DNA of 64,000 nucleotides, taken from contig OZ024743.1 of assembly GCA_964016885.1 (NCBI GenBank), forward strand, positions 366,358,001 through 366,422,000, given 5' to 3'. Shown piece by piece: positions 56,960-64,000 of this stretch. A program made the translations under genes and the position numbers. The DNA is from Eledone cirrhosa (lineage: Eukaryota). Each line of letters opens with the position of its first letter. The first letter of the stretch is position 1. The notes under the pieces are model-generated. The model had not been told where the DNA came from, ran no database searches, and saw nothing but the letters and a program-made list of their open reading frames with translations.

Positions 56960-57178
56960 GTACTAGATTGGCAGAATCATTAGAGTATTGGAACAATTGC
57001 TTTACAGCATTTGTTCTGATGCTTTATATTCTGATTTCAAATCCCACCCAACTAAACTTTGTCTTTCGTCCTTCCAGGGTTAATAAAATTAATTATATTT
57101 CAGGTACTGGTGGTCAATTTAATTGACATACCCCTTCCCTAAATTGTTGGTCTTGTCCCTAAATTAGAATCTATTAAT
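56960..57178 (+). mobile_element. tRNA-derived SINE (family 1)
   Basis: TTGGCAGAATCATTAGAG head; CTTTCGTCCTTCCAGGGTTAATAAAAT core. Confidence 0.7.
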
Positions 57179-57799
57179 ATTTGTATTCTTTCCTTTGATT
57201 TTGCTTTATATGCAATGACTACCAAGTATCAACCAGGCATCATTGGTTTTGACAGTTTTCAATAGCTTTTTTAATTTGTTTTTGTATTTATTGTTTCTTC
57301 CTCACATCACAAAAGTTGTTAGGTAAAACAAGCAAATTAAGAAAATAAGTATAGCAAGGTAGGATGGATAAAGAGATGTATAAAAGATAAGAATTAATTT
57401 TGCAAAAAATAAAGCCCTGTTTCAGTCTTTAACCACGAACTTGGCAATCACTGATTGGTTTGGGCTTGACCTACATCAGCATCAAGGATGCAAAGCAGGA
57501 ATTGGCCATTGGCCATGTTGACATATTTCTCTAAATGTTTTTAGACCTTCTAGCTTTGACTTGCTTCTGTAGCTGTTGATTTTTACTGCCTTAGTTAGAA
57601 TTATGTCAGTTTCATTATTTATATGTATGACTCAGTTCTTAGTTCTTTCCTGTACTTTCTTGCTCTTTGAGTACTGAGCTCCTTTTGATTTTCGTGATCT
57701 CTTACCAACACCATTATCTAATAATTGGTGCTCTCTAGGTACGTTTGTAAGCCTATCATAGCTGTTTTGTATCACAATTCCAGTTGGATTAATCCATTT

Positions 57800-58815
57800 C
57801 CTCCTTCAGCATCCTTTCTGTTCCTCCAGCAATAGGTTGTTTATGTCGAGGTGGCAGTAGATTTCCTCAGACATAATGCTTGTTAGCAGTTTCCACATCA
57901 AAGACAGACATGTGATAGGCCTATAGTTGGTAACATCATTTCCCTTGGCTTGGTCCTTCATTATCAGAACTGTGGTACCTTTTGTCAACCACTCTGGCAC
58001 TTCAACTGACACTAAGCAGTCATTGAATATGGCTGTCAGTAATGGGTGGAGAGATGTATTTTTTAGTCCAATATCCTTGCACACCATCCAGGCCTGGTGA
58101 TTTCCAGTTAATTAAAATAATTGGCCTGCTTTTTAAGGGTTTCACCTGAGACACTTAAATCATGTTGTTTGTGTGCTTGTTCATTAACCTCCTTTTTAAC
58201 CCTTTAGCATTTACATTACTCTATATTTACTATTGTATTTTTGTGGTAAAGGCTTTACCTCACATAATTATCTCACACAATATTGAGTCTATGAGATTTG
58301 GGTATTATTTATTTTTATAACAATACCTTAACATCAGTATGAGTTTGAACAGAAAAAGGTGAGAGAATTTTGGCCAGATATGTCCAGTTTAAATGCTAAA
58401 GGGTTAACAGTCTCAATCCATTCTGCCCAACTATTATGCTCAACATCCTGTACCCATATTCCTCTCCAAAATGTGTTGGTCTATTCAGCCTCAGGAATAA
58501 CATCATTGCCTCTTTCTTTCCCTTCAAACTGTTCAAATAACATCTTCTGGTTGTTATTGAACATGCAGTTTTGTCTACACTGGCTAACTAAGCTCTTATG
58601 TCTTTTAATTTTTGTACTTTTGGCTATGACACGTTGCTTTATCTCCTCTATTATAACATTTAGTCCTTTTATCTTTGTGTTTTATTTCCTTGTCAATCTA
58701 TCCTTAGTATCTATATTTTGTAATGTCCCGTTTAATAAAGACTCTAGTTTTCCTATGTTCTTTCATATTTCCTTGATTTAACCATTCAACCACTTCTTCC
58801 ACCAAGGTTCTGACC
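57800..58815 (-). mobile_element. R4/Dong-like non-LTR retrotransposon relic
   Basis: EPWWK, EEIKQRVIAK, QNCMFNNNQK, FWRGIW, PEWLTKGTTVLIMKD..NYRPITCL..EEQKGC; probable C-terminal piece LQEVQTVVLTGMAKILRR at 59527-59600. Confidence 0.8.
58200..58403. mobile_element. piggyBac-like MITE inserted in the R4-like relic
   Basis: TTAA TSD; perfect 14-bp TIR CCCTTTAGCATTTA. Confidence 0.85.
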
Positions 58816-58840
58816 TTTCTCATCTGTTGTTATTATTAGA

Positions 58841-59216
58841 TTGGCAGTATCGGTAGAGGGTCGGACGCCATGCTTTTCAGCATAGTTACGTCCCTTTACG
58901 ATCTGAGTTCAAATTCCGCCGAGGTTGACTTTGCCTTTCATCCTTACGGGGTCGATAAAATAAAGTACCAGTAATGCACTGGGGAATTTGCTGGCCTTGT
59001 GCCTAAAGTAGAAACAATTATTAGTAGTAGTATTGGTAGAGGGTCTGACGCCATGCTTTGTAGCATAGAGTTACACCCATTTATGGTCTGAGTCAAATCT
59101 CGCCGAGGTTAACTTTGCCTTTCATCCTTAACGCAGGGGTCAATGAAATAAAGCACCAGTAATGCACTGGGATAATTGTTGGCCTTGTGCCAAAAGTGGG
59201 AACATTATTATTATTA
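58841..59216 (+). mobile_element. Two tandem tRNA-derived SINEs (family 1, Nin/Deu-like core)
   Basis: B-box GAGTTCAAATTCC; core GCCTTTCATCCTTACGGGGTCGATAAAATAAAGTACCAG; tail GGCCTTGTGCCTAAAGTAGAAAC(ATT)n; many older copies (11040, 11358, 13380, 14380, 14745, 28764, 62200). Confidence 0.85.
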
Positions 59217-60714
59217 TTTGTGTTTTTCTTCTTCAGTTTTGTTTCATTTCTTCCCGACACACTAGATCAGAGAAACTCACTGTATACATTGATAAGCCAC
59301 AAAAATAAACGCACCAGTTTGTTTACATTATGCACTTTACATAGTTACATATATATTATTTGCTTTATACATGTGCACATTATCTGTTTAAAACCATATT
59401 TAAAACAACAGAATGATATTCAATCATATAAGAGTACTTAATTACTTACAAGTAACATAATTATGGAATATAATCAAATAAAGTTATGCACAAAAAAAAT
59501 TATAATCATATAGAGGATTATCATTCTCACAGCAATTGTGCTCTTCTCAATATTTTTGCCATACCAGTTAAAACAACTGTTTGCACTTCTTGCAGGGGCA
59601 TTGTGCTGTTATTGGCAGGTATTTTTAAACGAAAAAATACTGAGGAAGAAATGGTGATGTCAGATCTTGAATGATGGATATCACAAATGAAATGAGGAAA
59701 GATCAAGTCTAATGGGAATATGTTGTTCTGCAAACCTGAATTAGCATGAAAAAAGATATTAAAATGGATAATGATGATTATTGTAATTGTCTGCACTGTA
59801 TCATCATAATTATAGTTCATGTTGACGTTGTTATCGCATATTTTTTGTAACAAATCATTTGTTACTGAAGAAAAATAGAATTAGTCATTTCAAATGATAA
59901 AAATTTTGTAGAAGGTGGACATTTTTCTAAAACATGTGTGTGCACACTCAAGGGGAACTCATTAAGACTATGGAGCCATTTAGTTTTAATAATGAGATTT
60001 TTTAGGAAATCTGTGTCTGAAGAATTCTAAAGTGGTCAGATAAAAATCAAGCAAAGAAACTTTTTAATTATCTTTTTATGTGTTTGGTATCACTTATTCT
60101 CTGATAATATTCCTGAAGTATTGGATCTCAGACTACTTTCAGTATGGCACCAGTTTAAAATAAATAATTTTAAACAAAATCAAAACCAGCAAAGTTCTCA
60201 TCTAGTAATATGTCATTTGTAAGATATGAATACCTAACACATGAGTTAGATGTTCAGTATTCTGTTTCACTATGACCTCCATCTTAAGTAACTGAACCAT
60301 CTTAGGCAGCCCACGCACACATAATATGTATATTTTCCCCCTCATCATACACATAAACTCCTACTTACCATCAACATGATGATATCCATCACTGGTGGCT
60401 ATATTCAATACCATCATCCTTTCCTGCTAACTCCCACTCCCACTGTGTTACCCATCACTCACTCTTCTCCCATAACACATTCCTATTTGTAAGTTGTCAC
60501 ATTGCTCAGACCACTTTTCTACTCAACCTTCTATCTACCAATGTCACTCTCTCTTCCCTACTATCCTATCATTCAGTTTCCTAATTTCACACTAAAATCA
60601 TACCCTCTGCTCTGTCACACAGCTGGTCATCATTCCCCTTATATTTATCTTAAAGGAACAGAATCTATGTAGAGTCAAAAGAACTCATACCCTTGTAAGG
60701 GATAAACCAAAGCT

Positions 60715-61045
60715 TTGTAGTATGGTGTCATGATAAAATGCACCAAGCACACTATGATGATCAAATAGTGACACCATAAGGTAGATAGGACTTTTCAGTC
60801 ACACTCAGGATATGACAACCTCTGTAGTGCTGGTGCCATGGTAAAAAGCACCTTGTACACAATGTAAAGTGGTTGGTCTTAGAAAGGACATGCAACTATA
60901 GACACCATGCCAAACATGGAACACAAGACGTGGTTCTCTGACCCATCAAAGGTGGTAATAACTTTAAATAATAATTAACTCTAATCATGATGACCTCTCC
61001 AACCAATGCCAGCATAGAAAGCTGATGTGAAATGATAATAATGAA
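60715..61045 (+). mobile_element. Old repeat sharing the RTE-type 3' module
   Basis: GCTGGTGCCATGGTAAAAAGCACC..TGTAAAGTGGTTGG..TTAGAAAGGACAT..ATGCCAGCAT..(GAT)-like tail. Confidence 0.6.
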
Positions 61046-63761
61046 GATTCATAATGTCATTGTCATTATCAAGTGAGTTATGACCAGAATATCTTAAATC
61101 TTTAGTTAAATCTTGACCAGAAATTCCTTGGAATTCAAGCAACTACATAGAGGTTTTCCTCATTAGCTATGACCCTACACAAAGGTAATATGGAAGTGGA
61201 ATGATTCAGCTTCTTGAACTCAAGTCTTTTTTCAATTCATGTTCTCTAGATTCTTTAAGTAGACACCTCCCCCTGTGCTTCAATCAATTATCTGACTTTC
61301 CCTTGCTCCATCCACCCCCACCTCCTCCTATACATATCCCTATCTTGTGGGTGGATGAAGTAGTTTTGAAGTAAAGAGGACCTTCTCAGCAATCTAAATA
61401 TGATCAGGTCAAGCAGCAACAGCAGTAGTGGTGGTGGTGATGCTGGTGCTGGTTTTATAATAGTCTCTTAATTGGCTATGATAATAAAACAGTGACCATT
61501 ATGATGATAATGGTATTTAAAATGATGATAATAATAATGATTATAGTAGTGGTATTTAAAATAGTGATGATGATGATGGTTGTGGTGGTGCTTAAAATAT
61601 TGATAATAATGGTTATGATGTTGATATTTAAATGGTGATGGTGATGAAGATGTTGATGGAAAAGGAGTGATAGTCTGTTGTTTTCTCATAAGAATCTATT
61701 AATGATTCAGAAAATGGGAGTAATATGAAGGATGTGGCCATGGAGGGCAGGGGCATACTATATTGGGGACAATTCAAACATGAAAAAGAACCCAAAGTAG
61801 AGTTTACATTGAGTAATAGGAATGGGAAATCAACAAGGAGAGAACAATAGATATATCAATAACAATAGTAAATAGTAATGACAACAATACAAAATAAAAA
61901 TCAACAAAGAAAAGTTCCCCAATAGGAGGAGATAACCCTTTAGTGTAAGTCCAGGAAAACCTCACAAAAATCCCTGGATTACTCTGTAACAGCAAGTGCA
62001 TTAAAAATGCCTTAATCCTATATAATCTGGAGGTGGATCTGCCCACAGTGTGCTAATACATTATTTTCTAGCATACTTCATTCTCCACTGTAGAAATATT
62101 ACCAAACCCTCTTTTATTCTTCCTTTTTCTTTAATCTAAAAGATTAAAGTTTCCTCCATTCTTACAGTATGAAATTAGTTACATTATAGTCTACCAACCA
62201 GGTAGGCTACGCTAGGATTTGAATTGAAAACACAAAGAACTGGAATAAATGTTGCAAGGCATTATATCCAATCTTCAATTCACCATTCTGAACTGGCCCT
62301 TCATTTCATTAACACTAAAAGGATGAGAGACAAAGTGGACGTTGGCAGGATTTTAACCCAGAGTGCAGAGAGTTACAACTATTACTGCAAGGAATTTTAT
62401 CCTATGCTCTAAGGGCTCTGCCAACTCATCAGTATATTCTTTACTAAGGAAGACATTACCAAATGACAACTACAGCCATTTGAATATAATTGGAAGAGAT
62501 GGTTGACTTCTTTGTCAATTGGACAATATGTACTGGGAGGCCAGTAACACTGCAGCAGTTGTCATTGTGGAAGTGGAGTATTTGTTGTAGATAGTATTGT
62601 TGATATTAGACATTGGTGATGTTAATGCTGCTGGGAACAACTACAGAAATAATAATAATGATATGACATTTCACTGAGGTATTTGAAGATACTGAAGATA
62701 CTGTCAAAGATGATGGTTTGATAATGACCCAAAGAGATATTGATGATATTGATAATGATGTGGTCTTCTGGCAAATCTAGAAAAGCTGTAATTCTGAATT
62801 AGAACTCACTCACACTATACCCATCCTTCTAACCCATATTAGCATAGAAATTGGATATAAAATGATGATAATAATGGTTGTAATATTATAGTAGTGGTGG
62901 CAGTATTATTCATGATAGTGGTAATGAGGATGTTGTGATTTCCCATGTGCAAGAATTATTAATATGCCAAGGCTAATATCTATGATAATAGGTGCATAAA
63001 GGTTTTTAAATGGGAAGGGGAATAATGGTTGCATTGGGAATAATTGATAGTAGTGGTAATGGTGGTGGTGATTGTGTTGGGAATGATGAATATGTAATAG
63101 TTATGTTGGTTGTTGTAGTAAATTAAGATAATGAAACATCTCTCAAGGTTATAGTTGACAACATTGATGGTAAGGATGAGGGAAATATAATGGATATGTT
63201 TACCAAAACAGGGGATAATGAGGATAATGGCCTTACTGAAAACACTAAGACGTTATTTAAACAGTTGACCTAAAATAATAAATTTTTGTCAAAATTGAAA
63301 TAATGCAGTTTCCTAAACTGCATATGATAAAGAATAACAGCTGTATCAAAAGCATAACAGCTGGTGCTGATATCATGATAAAATGCACTTGGTAGAGTGC
63401 AAGATCATATGTATGCAAGGTGCAGAGCCTTGGTCCATCTGAGACATAAGTAGTTTTGCTTGAGTACTGACTAAACATGGGAAGACCCATCCAACCCTTG
63501 CTAACAGGAAAATGTGTGTGTGTTTTTTTTAGTCATCATGAATGTTTTCATATTGACATAATTTACAAAGCAAGTGATGTTTGTTTATGCCATCCATTAA
63601 CAATGAATCTCACAGTATAGCAGTTTGTATGTCAATAGTATATATCATACTTAAAACAAAGCATGGGTTAATATCATGGCTATCATCTACAACTAAAAAA
63701 GCTGTGCATCAAAATGTCTCATCCAAACCATGATAGTATGATGATTTCTCACTTTATACAG

Positions 63762-63856
63762 TGACAAAGCTAGACTATTTTGATGAAGATATTGAAAGAG
63801 AAATTATTATGTCAGATATTTATCCTTTCAGTAACTATTTAGAATATTTAATACAG
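63762..63856 (+). CDS. Candidate isolated host coding exon (unknown protein)
   Basis: TTTCTCACTTTATACAG acceptor, CAG|GTAATT donor, open frame TKLDYFDEDIEREIIMSDIYPFSNYLEYLIQ; no homology recognised. Confidence 0.3.
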
Positions 63857-64000
63857 GTAATTAATGTAGAAATCATTCATCTTGGCAGAGCTGTTCTGTT
63901 AGAAAACAAGTCAGATAGCGATATGGCCACCAGATATGATGGTTAGTTGCGATATAAGAGGTCAGCTGCTGGATGAATAAGCAACCCCAGACCAACAGTG

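Noticed and set aside
59527-59853. 108-aa minus-strand ORF as a gene
   Set aside because: Only the last ~25 aa are informative and match an R4/Dong-like LINE C-terminus; the rest is low complexity

Overview
AT-rich, repeat-dominated eukaryotic (animal) DNA with no intact protein-coding gene that I can support. The repeat inventory resembles octopus/cephalopod genomes as I recall them (inference): huge (TA)n/(TATG)n microsatellites, tRNA-derived SINEs and RTE LINEs ending in (GAT)n. Almost all long 'YIYI' ORFs in the track are microsatellite artefacts. Recognisable elements: (1) a near full-length RTE-type LINE (APE + RT with a PHD-like C4HC3 finger inserted inside the RT; 47736-51444) and many truncated relatives, nearly all embedded in (TA)n arrays; (2) a Rex3/Expander-like RTE with a twin-priming-type 5' inversion and a TSD; (3) bipartite non-autonomous RTE derivatives; (4) a full-length Tc1 (DD34E, ~204-bp IR/DR TIRs), a deleted mariner, a decayed hAT-like transposase, and hAT, piggyBac-like and Tc2-like MITEs; (5) R4/Dong-like LINE relics; (6) Penelope-like (GIY-YIG) fragments. 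The most interesting signal is RNA-structural. A repeated family of minimal type I hammerhead ribozyme motifs (three with intact cores, compensatory stem II changes and an invariant C-C mismatch) sits in short islands between (TA)n tracts, often in inverted-repeat arrangement, alongside several unrelated decayed hammerheads. The RTE 3' UTR also carries tandem covarying H-type pseudoknot candidates. All structures were read by eye; nothing was folded, aligned or searched computationally.
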